Positions 8,158 to 18,874 of a DNA stretch of 33,887 nucleotides are shown in pieces. Location: positions 1 to 33,887 of the forward strand of contig JAFXOO010000142.1 of assembly GCA_017528675.1 (NCBI GenBank), given 5' to 3'. The DNA is from Oscillospiraceae bacterium. Lineage in GTDB: Bacteria > Bacillota > Clostridia > Oscillospirales > Ruminococcaceae. How positions within the stretch are numbered: position 1 is the stretch's first letter; every line of letters starts with the position of its first letter. Position numbers and translations under genes: made by a program. Below the pieces are notes generated by a model. It made no database searches. It was not told where the DNA came from and saw only the letters and a program-made list of their open reading frames with translations.

Positions 8158-8460
8158 ATATATCCTTATCCGCTACAGGCGTATGAGAGATTTATGATCG
8201 GAATTTATGGCAGTATCGCCTTAAATGATAGACAGAAGCCGGGAACCGGCTTCTTACTTAGCGCCGCCGGAATATGACGGCAGAACCAGAGCAACTGTAT
8301 GCAGACGATCTAACCTTGCTCCTGAATTGTACGCAGAAGCCCCGCCGCTGCGGGATTCTGCCTGAGAGCCACTGCGTGTGGCTCTGTTTTCCTGTGCCCC
8401 AAGCTGCTGCTGACGACTTAGCCGGGGATCCGGAGCAGGACGGTGTGCTGCTGCTTTTGC
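8158..8460 (+). promoter_or_regulatory. Long (~300 nt) structured 5' leader, or independent small transcript, upstream of rnj
   Basis: No convincing ORF. Contains hairpin GAAGCCGG-GAA-CCGGCTTC + TTACTT (8236-8260), hairpin AGAGCCAC-TGCGT-GTGGCTCT + GTTTT (8365-8390) and CTG-rich segments that could pair alternatively with GAGCAG (8431-8436). Confidence 0.35.
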
Positions 8461-10317
8461 ATGCGTGAAAAGAGAGGTATTGTATTGAATAATCAGAATC
8501 ACAACGGAGGAGATCCCAAGAGAAAGCGTTACGTCATCCACCGGGCAAAGGGCAAGAGCCAGAAGCCGGCGATCAAGAAGCCCATGCCGCCGGCACATGC
8601 ACAGCAGCCTGTCCGCCAGCAGATGCAGGCGCCGAGGAGCCGTGCCCATGAACAGCACCGCACACCCGTGCGCATCATCCCACTGGGCGGCCTGAACGAG
8701 ATCGGCAAGAATATGACCGTGTTCGAGTGTGCAAATGACATGTTCATCCTCGACTGCGGCCTTGCGTTCCCGGATGCCGAAATGCCCGGCGTGGATATTG
8801 TCATCCCGGACTTCACCTATGTGGAACGCAACAAGGAAAAGCTGCGGGGCATCGTCATCACCCACGGACATGAGGACCATATCGGCGGTCTTGCGTATCT
8901 GCTGAAGAAGGTCAATGCTCCCGTCTATGGCTCCGCCATGACCATCGGCCTGATCAAGCACAAGCTTGAGGAGCATGGGCTTCTGAACAAGGTGAGCCTG
9001 AACGTGATCGAATCCCGCAAGACGGTGAAGATGGGCTGCATGGCCGTGGAATTCATCAAGGTCAACCATTCCATTCCCGGCTCAATGGGTATGGCAATCC
9101 ATACACCGGCCGGCATTCTCGTGCATACCGGCGACTTCAAGGTGGACTATACCCCCATCGACGGCGGCCCGATTGACCTTGCCCGCTTCGGTGAGCTGGG
9201 CAGCAGGGGTGTCCTGGCGCTCATGGCGGATTCCACCAATGCCGAGCGTCCGGGCTATACGCAGTCTGAGCGCAAGGTGGGCGATTCCTTCGAGAAGCTC
9301 TTTGTCAAGGCAGGCAACCGCCGCATCATCATTGCAACGTTCTCCTCGAATATCCACCGTGTGCAGCAGATTGTGAATATGGCTGCCAAGAACGGGCGGA
9401 AGATTGCCGTGCTCGGCAGAAGCATGATCAATGTCATCACCACGGCGCTGGAGCTGGGGTATCTTGATGTACCGAAGAACACCATCATCGACATCGAGAA
9501 CATGAACCAGTATCCGCCGGAGCAGATCGTGCTCATCACGACCGGCAGCCAGGGCGAGCCGATGTCGGCGCTCACCCGTATGGCAATGCATGACCACAAG
9601 AAGGTCAACATCACCCCGATGGACTTCATCATCATCTCGGCAACGCCCATTCCCGGCAACGAGAAGCATGTGACCAAGGTTGTCAACGAGCTGCTCAAGT
9701 CCGGTGCAGAGGTTATCTACGAGTCCATGTATGAAGTACATGTCTCCGGCCACGCCTGCCAGGAGGAGCTCAAGCTCATGCTGGCACTCGTGAAGCCGAA
9801 ATTCTATATCCCCATGCACGGCGAATACAAGCATCTGGTCAAGAATCGTACACTGGCACTGGAAATGGGCATCCCGAAGGAGAATGTCCTCCTTGCCTCC
9901 ATCGGAAATGTCATCGAAACGGACGGCACCAAGCTCCAGGTCGTTTCACAGGCACCGGCAGGCAGGGTTCTGGTGGACGGTCTTGGCGTCGGAGATGTCG
10001 GCTCGATTGTGCTGCGTGACAGAAAGCACCTGGCAGAGGACGGCCTGATTATCATTGTGGTCGGCATCACCCGTGCCACCGGCGAGGTGGTATCCGGGCC
10101 GGATATCATTTCGAGAGGCTTTGTCTATGTACGGGAAGCCGAGGAACTGATGGAGCAGGCAAAGCAGCTTCTGTGCCATACGCTTGCCGAGTGCAGCGTC
10201 TATGAGCTCAAGGAGTGGGTGCCGCTGAAGGGCAAGCTCCGGGATGCACTGTCCGACTTCATCTTTGAGCAGACCAAGCGCAGCCCGATGATTCTTCCGA
10301 TCATCATGGAAGTCTGA
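8461..10317 (+). CDS. rnj: Ribonuclease J (metallo-beta-lactamase / beta-CASP family)
   Basis: VRIIPLGGLNEIGKNM, ITHGHEDHIGG and the beta-CASP and C-terminal domains are all recognisable. Start is uncertain: ATG 8461 has no RBS, while in-frame TTG 8485 is 7 nt after GAGAGG. The ORF-track GTG 8443 is unlikely. Confidence 0.9.
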   Translation: MREKRGIVLNNQNHNGGDPKRKRYVIHRAKGKSQKPAIKKPMPPAHAQQPVRQQMQAPRSRAHEQHRTPVRIIPLGGLNEIGKNMTVFECANDMFILDCGLAFPDAEMPGVDIVIPDFTYVERNKEKLRGIVITHGHEDHIGGLAYLLKKVNAPVYGSAMTIGLIKHKLEEHGLLNKVSLNVIESRKTVKMGCMAVEFIKVNHSIPGSMGMAIHTPAGILVHTGDFKVDYTPIDGGPIDLARFGELGSRGVLALMADSTNAERPGYTQSERKVGDSFEKLFVKAGNRRIIIATFSSNIHRVQQIVNMAAKNGRKIAVLGRSMINVITTALELGYLDVPKNTIIDIENMNQYPPEQIVLITTGSQGEPMSALTRMAMHDHKKVNITPMDFIIISATPIPGNEKHVTKVVNELLKSGAEVIYESMYEVHVSGHACQEELKLMLALVKPKFYIPMHGEYKHLVKNRTLALEMGIPKENVLLASIGNVIETDGTKLQVVSQAPAGRVLVDGLGVGDVGSIVLRDRKHLAEDGLIIIVVGITRATGEVVSGPDIISRGFVYVREAEELMEQAKQLLCHTLAECSVYELKEWVPLKGKLRDALSDFIFEQTKRSPMILPIIMEV

Positions 10318-10370
10318 GAAAAGACTGCTTGGTATAGACAATAGTTCGACAACAGTCAGGGGGTGGGGGA

Positions 10371-12326
10371 TTGAAACCAAAACAGCATGCCAGAATATGG
10401 ATTCTTGCGTTTTTGCTGATACTTTCTGTACTGCTGCCTTCAGCAATGCTGTACTGGCGGGGAGATTCCCTCGGCTTCCTGTACTGCATTCCGGGCGCAG
10501 TGAGCGTCGGCATCGGCGTATGTATGCTGCTTTACACCAGGCGCAACCAGCTCAACTATATTGCAGAGCTCAATGAGATCAGCGAAAATGCCCAGCTTGC
10601 GGCACTACAGCAGCTCCCGTTCGGCTTCTGCGTCATTGATGCGAAAGGCATCGTGGTGGAGTATAACCAGAGCTTCCGGGATGAAATCATGGACGGCGAG
10701 GACATGTTCGGCAGGAATCTGCTGGAGCGGATTCTGTTCAAGCCCTCTGATGCAGAACAGATCGTGACCTGGAAGAAGCGGCATTACCGGCTCTCGTCGC
10801 TTCCGTTTGAAGACGAGAACGGCAGGAAGCTGACCACGGTGCTCTGGGAGGACCGGACAGAGCTTGAAAGCCTGCGGGATACTTATCGGAAAACCCGCCC
10901 CTGTGTGGTACTGCTCGTGATTGATAATTACGAGGATATGATTCAGAACATCAAGGAGAGCGACCGCCTTGCAACCGGCGTTTCGATCGAAAAGCTCATG
11001 GAGAGCTTTGTGGCGGATACCGGCGGTATTCTGCGGCGGCTGAAGAATGACCGCTTCATTGCTGTTCTGGAGGACCAGTATATGCAGCAGATCGTGGCAG
11101 AGAAGTTCCCGATTCTCGATGCTGCCCGGCAGATTCTGATGGGCGGCCGTGACACCGTGACGCTTTCCATCGGCGTCGGGCAGGGCGGCGATACGCTTCA
11201 GGAATGTGAACAGCTCGCCCAGCAGAGCCTTGAAATGGCGCTCGGACGGGGCGGCGATCAGGCTGCGCTCAAGAAAAAGAACGAGGACTTTGAGTTCTTT
11301 GGCGGCAAGTCGCAGGGCATCGAAAAGAAATCCCGTGTCAAGACCCGTGCAGCGGCAAAAATGATCCGGGAACAGATTCAGAGCAGCCGGAAGGTCTTCC
11401 TGATGGGACACCGCTACGGCGACCTTGATTCCATCGGCGGATGCTGCGGCCTTGCCGGTGCAATCCGGATTATGGATAAGCCGGTGCGGGTGGTGTGCGA
11501 CCCGAAAAAGAACCTCTCCCAGCAGCTCATTGCCCTTGTGAAGGACGAGATTGGCGCATCCCTGTTCCTGACACCGGAACAGGCAGTGGATGCCATCACG
11601 GACGACACGCTGCTTATCATCGTGGATACCAATAACAAGGACATCATCGAAAGCCCGGAGCTGTACCAGCGTGCCAAGCGTGTGGTTGTCATTGACCACC
11701 ACCGGCAGAGCGTGAATTATGTGGACAACGCAGTGCCCTTTTATCATGAGCCGTTTGCGTCCTCTGCCTGCGAAATGATTACGGAGCTGTTGCAGTATTT
11801 CCAGCTCACCAGCGATCTGGATCCGGTGCTTGCGGAGTGCCTTCTGGCGGGCATTATGCTCGACACCAAGAATTTCGTTATGCGCACGGGTGTGCGTACC
11901 TTTGAGGCTGCGGCCTACCTCAGAAAGCTCAAGGCGGATACCATCCGTGTCAAGGGGCTGTTCTCCGGGTCGATTGATGCCTACCGCAGCCGCACCGAGA
12001 TTGTGAGTTCGGCGGAGATTTTCGGGCGGTTTGCCATCGCCCTCGTTCCGGAAAACACGCCGGATGTGCGGATTGTGGCGTCGCAGGCAGCGGATGAACT
12101 GCTGAACATCACCGGCGTGGATGCGTCGTTCACCATCTGTAAAGTCAAGGGGAAGGACGAAGAAGTCAATATCTCCGCCCGTTCCTATGGTGATGTCAAT
12201 GTACAGGTCATTATGGAACAGCTTGGCGGCGGCGGCCACCAGTCAATGGCGGCAACACAGATCTCCGGCATCACTCCGGAGGAAGCAAAACAGCGGTTGA
12301 TTGCCGTGCTGAGAGAAACGGAATAG
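10371..12326 (+). CDS. gdpP: GdpP-type cyclic-di-AMP phosphodiesterase (2 TM, PAS-like, degenerate GGDEF, DHH/DHHA1)
   Basis: Two N-terminal TM helices. DHH motifs are [26 protein letters not shown] and [11 protein letters not shown]. It occupies the classic position immediately upstream of rplI-dnaB. The start is TTG 10371, after a G-rich RBS. Confidence 0.85.
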   Translation: MKPKQHARIWILAFLLILSVLLPSAMLYWRGDSLGFLYCIPGAVSVGIGVCMLLYTRRNQLNYIAELNEISENAQLAALQQLPFGFCVIDAKGIVVEYNQSFRDEIMDGEDMFGRNLLERILFKPSDAEQIVTWKKRHYRLSSLPFEDENGRKLTTVLWEDRTELESLRDTYRKTRPCVVLLVIDNYEDMIQNIKESDRLATGVSIEKLMESFVADTGGILRRLKNDRFIAVLEDQYMQQIVAEKFPILDAARQILMGGRDTVTLSIGVGQGGDTLQECEQLAQQSLEMALGRGGDQAALKKKNEDFEFFGGKSQGIEKKSRVKTRAAAKMIREQIQSSRKVFLMGHRYGDLDSIGGCCGLAGAIRIMDKPVRVVCDPKKNLSQQLIALVKDEIGASLFLTPEQAVDAITDDTLLIIVDTNNKDIIESPELYQRAKRVVVIDHHRQSVNYVDNAVPFYHEPFASSACEMITELLQYFQLTSDLDPVLAECLLAGIMLDTKNFVMRTGVRTFEAAAYLRKLKADTIRVKGLFSGSIDAYRSRTEIVSSAEIFGRFAIALVPENTPDVRIVASQAADELLNITGVDASFTICKVKGKDEEVNISARSYGDVNVQVIMEQLGGGGHQSMAATQISGITPEEAKQRLIAVLRETE

Positions 12327-12351
12327 CCGCATACGGAAAGGATGCATTCAC

Positions 12352-12798
12352 ATGAAGGTTATTTTTTTACAGGATGTCAAGGGCTCCGGCAAGAAGGGCG
12401 AGCTCAAGGAGGTTTCTGACGGCTACGCACGCAATATGCTCCTGAAGAAGGGGCTTGCCGTGGAGGCAACACCGGAGAATCTCAACAAGCTCCAGGGTGC
12501 CCAGGCCTCTGCACAGCACAAGATTGATGTGGAGAAGGCGGCTGCCGAGGAAAACCGCACAAAGCTCCACGACAAAAAGGTCGTCATCAAGGCAAAAGCC
12601 GGCACCGGCGGCCGTCTGTTCGGCTCCGTGACGGCGGCGAACATCGCACAGGCGATTTCCGAGCAGTTCGGCGTGCAGCTCGATAAGAAGAAGATTACGC
12701 TGAAGTCCGATATCAAGGCATTTGGCACGTTCTCTGCCGAGATCCGGCTGTACACCGGCATTTCTGCCACGGTGACGGTTGAGGTGGAGGAAGCATAA
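12352..12798 (+). CDS. rplI: 50S ribosomal protein L9
   Basis: [36 protein letters not shown] is a canonical L9 N-terminus; 148 aa. Confidence 0.95.
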   Translation: MKVIFLQDVKGSGKKGELKEVSDGYARNMLLKKGLAVEATPENLNKLQGAQASAQHKIDVEKAAAEENRTKLHDKKVVIKAKAGTGGRLFGSVTAANIAQAISEQFGVQLDKKKITLKSDIKAFGTFSAEIRLYTGISATVTVEVEEA

Positions 12799-12811
12799 AT
12801 CAGATCAGACC

Positions 12812-12840
12812 GGGCGGTTTCCCCGTGAAGCCGCCCTTTT
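12812..12840 (+). terminator. Putative intrinsic terminator after rplI
   Basis: GGGCGG ... CCGCCC stem (6 bp, 13-nt loop) followed by TTTT. Confidence 0.45.
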
Positions 12841-12870
12841 GCCATCTGTAGACCCGGTAGGAGGGAATTC

Positions 12871-13806
12871 ATGAAAAAGGCATTGAAGATCATCGGCATT
12901 GTGATTGCCGTCATTCTGATTCTGGAAATTCTGGCGGTGCTGGGATGCATCTGCTATCACAGGTTCATGCTGTCAAAGGAGAAGCCCCTCGTGGAAACGC
13001 CGCTTGGTCAGCTTGTTGAGGTGGACGGCCATAACATGAGCATCTATACCGAGGGCAAGGGGGCGCATACGCTCGTCTTTCTCTCCGGATGGGGTGTGGC
13101 ATCTCCGATTCTCGATTTCCGGAGCCTGTACAGCAAGCTCACGGATGAGTACCGGATTGTCGTGATCGAGAAATTCGGCTACGGATTCAGCGATGATGTG
13201 GACAGTGAGCGTTCCTTCGACACCATCCTCCGGCAGGACAGGGAAGCCCTCTCCAAGGCCGGCATCGAAGGCCCCTATATTCTCTGTCCGCACTCGCTCT
13301 CCGGACTTGAGGCGCTGTACTGGGCGCAGAGCTATCCCGATGAGGTGGAAGCCGTCGTGGGGCTGGATATGTCGCTGCCGCCGAACTGTGATGAGGCAGA
13401 TCAGGCGGAAATGAAGGACAGCTACCTGCTCAACAAGTGGTTCAACCGGCTCGGATTCTTCCGGATGATGAATGTTGACGGGATGATAGATGCCCTGCAT
13501 GCCGGTACGCTGACGGACGAGGAGAAGGCGATCTACCGGGCGCTGATCTATGCAAACACCGGCAATGCCGCCCCCGGCAATGAGACGGCTGATACCGTAC
13601 ATATCGCAGAGGTCATTGAAAGCAGTCCGGCACCGGACATCCCGATGCTGCTGTTCATCATGGACAAGAAGACGGAGGCGCAGACCTACGCTTCCGGAAC
13701 CCTCGGCGCAAAAGTCATCCCGCTTGACTGCGGGCATTATGTCCATATTCTCAAAACAGATACCGTCAGCGAGGAAATGCGGACGTTTATCGGAAACCTG
13801 AGCTGA
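12871..13806 (+). CDS. Membrane-anchored alpha/beta-fold hydrolase
   Basis: N-terminal TM helix (IIGIVIAVILILEILAVLG), HTLVFLSGWG oxyanion-type block, nucleophile elbow PHSLSG and a C-terminal GHYVH histidine region. Confidence 0.75.
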   Translation: MKKALKIIGIVIAVILILEILAVLGCICYHRFMLSKEKPLVETPLGQLVEVDGHNMSIYTEGKGAHTLVFLSGWGVASPILDFRSLYSKLTDEYRIVVIEKFGYGFSDDVDSERSFDTILRQDREALSKAGIEGPYILCPHSLSGLEALYWAQSYPDEVEAVVGLDMSLPPNCDEADQAEMKDSYLLNKWFNRLGFFRMMNVDGMIDALHAGTLTDEEKAIYRALIYANTGNAAPGNETADTVHIAEVIESSPAPDIPMLLFIMDKKTEAQTYASGTLGAKVIPLDCGHYVHILKTDTVSEEMRTFIGNLS

Positions 13807-13827
13807 TACACAGAGGAGGAAACTGCA

Positions 13828-15177
13828 ATGGCAGAGAATACCAGCTTCAATGATATTGAAATGCCCTACAGCCTTGAGGCAGAGCAGACTGTCCTCGGCG
13901 CCATTCTCATCGAGCAGGATGTGCTGTCCGTTGTACTGGAGCATGTCAAGCCGGAATGCTTCTTCATCGACCAGCACCGTGCCCTGTTCACGATCATGGT
14001 GCAGATGTTCACAAGCGGCGAAAAGGCCGACGTTGTGACAGTGCTCAATGCTGCCACGGCGGCGCATATCTTTGAAACGGCACAGGAGGGACGCAATTAC
14101 CTAGCGAACCTTGTCAATATGGTGCCGACAGTGTCCAATATCGAAAGCTACTGCAACATCGTTGTCAATAAATACTATATCCGCTCCCTTGCGGAAACGG
14201 CAAGGAGCATCCTCTCCGACATCCAGAGCGGCGAGACCGATGCAGCTTTGCTCCTCGATGCCGCAGAACAGCGCATCTATGACATCCGCCAGGGCAGAGC
14301 CACCACGGGTCTGACACCCATCCGTGAGGTTGTGGCGGAGACCTATAATCACATCGGCCAGATTGCCGGCCCCGACCGGGAGCAGTACCTCGGCATCCGT
14401 TCGGGCTTCTCGTATCTGGATGCGGTGACATCCGGTCTGAACAAGTCAGACCTCATCCTGATTGCCGCCCGTCCTGCGATGGGTAAGACGGCGTTTGCGC
14501 TGAACATCGCCCAGAATGTGGCGGCACACAATCCGGACAAGGAGGTCTGCATCTTCTCGCTCGAAATGCCTCGCCAGCAGCTTGTGTCCAGACTGTTGTC
14601 GTCGTCGGCGCAGGTTGATTCCAATAAGCTCCGCAACGGCCGCCTGACCGGAGATGACTGGGTGCGGCTGGCAACGGGTGCGAGCTATCTGAATGATCTG
14701 CCCATCTATATTGACGATACGGCAAGCATTACCGTGCAGCAGATCAAGGCGAAGCTGCGCCGGATGAAGAACCTCGGCCTTGTGGTGATCGACTACCTCG
14801 GCCTGATCCAGACAACACTCCGGACGGAAAACCGTGTGCAGATTGTCTCCGAAATTACCCGCCAGCTCAAGATCATGGCCAAGGAGCTGGATGTGCCGGT
14901 CATCCTCCTGTCACAGCTTTCGAGAGGCCCCGAAAGCCGTACCGACAAGCGCCCGATGCTTTCGGATCTGCGTGAATCCGGTTCTATCGAGCAGGATGCG
15001 GATATTGTCATGTTCCTCTACCGTGATGCGTACTATAACAAGGACAACGCCAACCAGAATGTTGCGGAATGCATCGTTGCCAAGAACCGCCACGGCGAGA
15101 CCGGCACGATCAACCTGAACTGGGACGGTCAGTTTACCCGCTTCACCACCCTCGAAAAGACCGATGCGCCCGCTTGA
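13828..15177 (+). CDS. dnaB: Replicative DNA helicase DnaB
   Basis: N-terminal PYSLEAEQTVLGAIL, Walker A AARPAMGKTAFALN, Walker B VVIDYLGL and LSQLSRGPE..RPMLSDLRESGSIEQDADIV. Confidence 0.95.
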   Translation: MAENTSFNDIEMPYSLEAEQTVLGAILIEQDVLSVVLEHVKPECFFIDQHRALFTIMVQMFTSGEKADVVTVLNAATAAHIFETAQEGRNYLANLVNMVPTVSNIESYCNIVVNKYYIRSLAETARSILSDIQSGETDAALLLDAAEQRIYDIRQGRATTGLTPIREVVAETYNHIGQIAGPDREQYLGIRSGFSYLDAVTSGLNKSDLILIAARPAMGKTAFALNIAQNVAAHNPDKEVCIFSLEMPRQQLVSRLLSSSAQVDSNKLRNGRLTGDDWVRLATGASYLNDLPIYIDDTASITVQQIKAKLRRMKNLGLVVIDYLGLIQTTLRTENRVQIVSEITRQLKIMAKELDVPVILLSQLSRGPESRTDKRPMLSDLRESGSIEQDADIVMFLYRDAYYNKDNANQNVAECIVAKNRHGETGTINLNWDGQFTRFTTLEKTDAPA

Positions 15178-16489
15178 CGCCGTCCGGCGCTTCCTGCGGG
15201 TACACGATATCCGGGACACCGCCGTCACAGCGGCTCTTTCCGGCGGTGCGGACAGCGTATGCCTGCTGCACTGTCTGCGGGCATGCCGTGAGGCATTCGG
15301 GCTGCGGCTCTCTGCCATCCATGTGCAGCACGGGCTGCGGGGCGAGGAGAGCCTGCGGGATGAGCAGTTCTGCCGGACGCTCTGCACAGCGTGGGAGATT
15401 CCGCTGACCGTGGTTCCCGTTCAGGTGCCGCAGCACACAGGAAGCCTTGAGGCAGCGGCACGGGAATGCCGCTATGCCGCCTTTGCGGCGCATGCAGACG
15501 GCTATGTGGCAACAGCGCACACTGCCTCGGACAATTTCGAGACGATGCTGTTCCGGCTCGTGAGGGGGACGGGGCTGAAGGGGCTTGCCGGTATTCCGCC
15601 GGTGCGGGAGCGTTACCTGCGGCCGCTGCTGCAAGTGAGCCGAGCCGAAGTGGAGCAGTATCTCCGGGATCAGGACATCGGCTATGTGACGGATTCCACG
15701 AATCTGACGGATGATTATGCCAGAAATTTCCTGCGGCATCAGGCGGTGCCGCTTCTGCAAAAGCAGAACCCGGCGCTCGAACAGTCCGCCGCAGAGACCG
15801 CCGACATCCTCCGCACAGAGGAGGATTACCTCGCACAGGCGGCGGAGGCTGCCTATGCACAGGCCCGTCAGCCGGACGGCTCGCTCCGTGGGCTGCGGAT
15901 GCTGCATCCGGCATTGCAGCGGCGCTGCATCCGGCGCTTTCTGGCAGAGAATGCCGTTCCGGCGGGCTATTCGCAGGTGACTGCCGTGCAGGAGCTCCTC
16001 GAAAGCGGCGGCCGCCTGGAAATGGAACGGGGCGGTGTGTGGATCTGCGTCAGCCGTGGCATACTCTTTCCGGAACGTCCCCGGACGGCTGAGACACTGC
16101 TTCGTATCGGAAAAAACTGCCTGTATCCGGGCACTTTTGTCGAGGCTGCGTTGATTCTGCGGGAGGATACCGACAAATTCACAAGTGTTCACAAAAAATT
16201 CACAGATTTTGCGCTGGATTATGATATAATAAGAGGGTGTGCAAGACTGCACAGCCGGCAGCCCGGTCTGCGGATGATTCCGGCAGGCAGAAGCCATCAC
16301 GTTTCTGTCAAGAAATGGCTGAACGAAACTGTTCCTCCGCAGAAACGCCAGAGGATTCACTACCTGTCCGATGACAGCGGCCTGCTCTGGGCAGAGGGAC
16401 TCGGCCCGGCAGCACATGCAGCGGTGACAGCGCAGACAAGACGGATGCTGGTGCTGTATGTTCACGAGTCTGACACACAATGCACATGA
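15164..16489 (+). CDS. tilS: tRNA(Ile)-lysidine synthetase
   Basis: PP-loop SGGADS in ALSGGADSVCLLH, then ATAHTASDNFETMLFRLVRGTG. Overlaps dnaB by 14 nt and lies upstream of ftsH, as in many Firmicutes. Confidence 0.9.
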   Translation: MRPLDAVRRFLRVHDIRDTAVTAALSGGADSVCLLHCLRACREAFGLRLSAIHVQHGLRGEESLRDEQFCRTLCTAWEIPLTVVPVQVPQHTGSLEAAARECRYAAFAAHADGYVATAHTASDNFETMLFRLVRGTGLKGLAGIPPVRERYLRPLLQVSRAEVEQYLRDQDIGYVTDSTNLTDDYARNFLRHQAVPLLQKQNPALEQSAAETADILRTEEDYLAQAAEAAYAQARQPDGSLRGLRMLHPALQRRCIRRFLAENAVPAGYSQVTAVQELLESGGRLEMERGGVWICVSRGILFPERPRTAETLLRIGKNCLYPGTFVEAALILREDTDKFTSVHKKFTDFALDYDIIRGCARLHSRQPGLRMIPAGRSHHVSVKKWLNETVPPQKRQRIHYLSDDSGLLWAEGLGPAAHAAVTAQTRRMLVLYVHESDTQCT

Positions 16490-16583
16490 GCCCGACACAT
16501 ACATGATGTATACTAAGGCATCAATTAGCAGTCAGAGAGAAAGAGTGCTAATTCGTGAGCCATAAAGAAAAGGAGTGGATGAG

Positions 16584-18548
16584 TTGACACCAAAAAGAAG
16601 CAGAGGCATTGTTGCATATCTCCTCGTAGCGGCAGTTCTGATCTTCCTGGCGGTATTCATGCTGCCGAGACTGAACGAGAAGAAGTCCGAGTACACCTAT
16701 TCAGAGATTATGCAGCATTTCGACAACCTTGAGGTGACGAAGTACACCCTCGACCTCGGCAGCGGCGAGCTGAAGATGACGCTTGAGAACGAGGAGGAAA
16801 TCACCTATACTGTGCCGAATGTGTCGATCTTCAAGGAGGAGACTGAGGGCTACCGGCTGCGCTATAACCGTGCGCACCCGAAAACGCCGCTCGATCAGGA
16901 TTATTTCAAGATCACTGACAATTCCTGGATCATCACCTATATCCCGACCTTCATCATCCTGATTATGGGCATTGTGCTCTTTATCTTCATGATGCGCCAG
17001 GCGGGCGGCGGCAAGTATAACAACTTCGGCAAGGCCAATATCAAGGCACAGGCCTCCAATAAGAAGGCGACCTTCGACGATGTGGCTGGTGCCGAGGAAG
17101 AAAAGTACGAGATGGCGGAGATTGTGGATTTCCTGCGGAATCCCCGGAAATACGCCGAAATTGGCGCCCGTATCCCGAAGGGCGTGCTGCTTCTCGGCCC
17201 TCCCGGAACCGGTAAGACGCTCCTTGCCAGAGCTGTCGCAGGCGAGGCAGGATGCCCGTTCTACCCGATTTCCGGCTCGGATTTCGTGGAAATGTTCGTC
17301 GGTGTCGGCGCATCCAGAGTGCGTGACCTGTTTGAGACTGCCAAGAAGAATGCGCCCTCCATCGTGTTCATCGACGAGATTGATGCCGTCGGCAGACACC
17401 GTGGTGCCGGTCTTGGCGGCGGCCATGACGAGCGTGAGCAGACGCTGAACCAGCTTCTTGTAGAGATGGACGGCTTTGAGGCAAACGAGAGCGTGATTGT
17501 CATTGCGGCAACCAACCGCCGTGACATCCTGGATCCGGCACTGCTGCGTCCGGGACGTTTTGACCGCCAGATTGTGGTCGGCTATCCCGACATCAAGGGC
17601 AGAGAGGACATCCTCAAGGTGCATACCAAGAACAAGCCGCTTGCACCCGATGTCAACCTGCACGACATTGCCAGAACGACTGCCGGCTTCACCGGCGCCG
17701 ACCTGGAAAACCTGACCAATGAAGCGGCACTGCTTGCCGCAAGAGCGGACAGGAAGGCGATCACCAACAAGGACATTGCAGAGGCGACCATCAAGGTGGT
17801 TGCAGGCCCTGAGAAGAAGTCCCGTGTCAAGACGGAGCGTGAGATCAAGCTGACAGCCTACCATGAAGCCGGCCATGCCATCTGCACCTACTATTGCCCG
17901 CATCAGGATAAGGTACACGAGATCTCCATCATTCCGAGAGGCATGGCGGGCGGCTATACGCTGTCGCTGCCGGAGCATGACAAGAGCTATAACAGCAAGA
18001 CGGAGATGCACGAGGAGATCATCGTTCTGCTGGGCGGCCGTGTGGCAGAGCAGCTCATCATGGACGACATTTCCACGGGTGCATCGAATGACCTGGAGCG
18101 TGCTACCTCGATGGCACGGAATATGATTACCCGCTATGGCTTCAGCGAAAAGCTCGGTCCGGTGGTGTACGGTCATGACCAGAGCGAACCGTTCCTGGGC
18201 AGGGATTTCAGCAGTACGCCGAATTATTCCGATGAGGTTGCCGCCGAGATTGATGCGGAAATCCGCAACTTTGTGGAGGAAGGCTATACCAAGGCAGAGC
18301 AGATTCTGACCGAGCACATGGATCAGCTCCACAAGATTGCGCAGTACCTGATTGCCAACGAGAAGATCGACGGGCCGGAGTTCGAGCGCCTTATGAAGGG
18401 CGAGGACACCGAGCCGGAGATCACCGAGACAAAGCCGCAGCCGGCACAGGATTCTGCGATGGATGCCTACGCAAAGGATCTGCGTGAGCGCCAGGATGAG
18501 GCAGAGGATAAGCCTGTACAGATGGTACAGGACATGACGGAAGAATAA
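16584..18548 (+). CDS. ftsH: ATP-dependent zinc metalloprotease FtsH
   Basis: Two TM helices, Walker A GPPGTGKT, an SRH region and zinc motif HEAGHA. The ORF-track GTG 16575 overlaps the RBS AGGAG (16571-16575), so in-frame TTG 16584 (8-nt spacing) is the more plausible start. Confidence 0.93.
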   Translation: MTPKRSRGIVAYLLVAAVLIFLAVFMLPRLNEKKSEYTYSEIMQHFDNLEVTKYTLDLGSGELKMTLENEEEITYTVPNVSIFKEETEGYRLRYNRAHPKTPLDQDYFKITDNSWIITYIPTFIILIMGIVLFIFMMRQAGGGKYNNFGKANIKAQASNKKATFDDVAGAEEEKYEMAEIVDFLRNPRKYAEIGARIPKGVLLLGPPGTGKTLLARAVAGEAGCPFYPISGSDFVEMFVGVGASRVRDLFETAKKNAPSIVFIDEIDAVGRHRGAGLGGGHDEREQTLNQLLVEMDGFEANESVIVIAATNRRDILDPALLRPGRFDRQIVVGYPDIKGREDILKVHTKNKPLAPDVNLHDIARTTAGFTGADLENLTNEAALLAARADRKAITNKDIAEATIKVVAGPEKKSRVKTEREIKLTAYHEAGHAICTYYCPHQDKVHEISIIPRGMAGGYTLSLPEHDKSYNSKTEMHEEIIVLLGGRVAEQLIMDDISTGASNDLERATSMARNMITRYGFSEKLGPVVYGHDQSEPFLGRDFSSTPNYSDEVAAEIDAEIRNFVEEGYTKAEQILTEHMDQLHKIAQYLIANEKIDGPEFERLMKGEDTEPEITETKPQPAQDSAMDAYAKDLRERQDEAEDKPVQMVQDMTEE

Positions 18549-18556
18549 CACACAAC

Positions 18557-18585
18557 GAAGCCCCCGCTGCGATGGCGGGGGCTTC
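18557..18585 (+). terminator. Intrinsic terminator after ftsH
   Basis: GAAGCCCCCGC-TGCGATG-GCGGGGGCTTC, an 11-bp perfect stem followed by the pyrimidine-rich TCTCTCTATC. Confidence 0.6.
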
Positions 18586-18780
18586 TCTCTATCGGAAAGC
18601 AGGGCCCTGTGCTTTCCGGTCATGAAGCGGGCGATTCAGAAGGACATCTCCCAGCAGGGGGGATGCCACCCCCTTTACGGCGAGCACATTTCTCTGCTAT
18701 TGATAGTCTATGCAGAAAATGTCGTTTTGCGCCTGGAAGTTATTGGTATGATTGCTCATAAATTGTCATCAAATTGACAC

Positions 18781-18809
18781 TTGATTTGTGCAAGAAAATA
18801 TGGTATACT
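18781..18809 (+). promoter_or_regulatory. Promoter TTGATT-17-TATACT with extended -10 TG
   Basis: TTGATT 18781-18786, TGG before TATACT 18804-18809; lies in an AT-rich stretch upstream of CDS 18875. Confidence 0.5.
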
Positions 18810-18874
18810 ATAACATGTATACAGTCTGTTGAAAACGGACATAGAAAGAAGAAAGCGTGTAAGGAGGCAATTGT

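Noticed and set aside
8194-8277. 27-codon ORF (MIGIYGSIALNDRQKPGTGFLLSAAGI) in the rnj leader
   Set aside because: No convincing RBS (only GAGAG 4 nt upstream). It spans a terminator-like hairpin and I have no conservation evidence.
8158-8460. Known housekeeping RNA (6S, SRP/4.5S, tmRNA, RNase P, T-box) in the rnj upstream region
   Set aside because: No SRP domain IV motif (GGUCCGGAAGGAAGCAGC), no T-box sequence and no long end-to-end 6S-type pairing could be found. It is kept only as an unassigned leader.
16523-16553. 8-bp inverted repeat AATTAGCA..TGCTAATT (15-nt loop) in the ftsH leader
   Set aside because: It is real but short and AT-rich, has no U tract and does not recur, so it is not enough to call a regulatory element.
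18622-18777. 51-codon ORF downstream of ftsH
   Set aside because: No RBS. It lies between the ftsH terminator and the next promoter, and its stop is formed by a TTGACA box.
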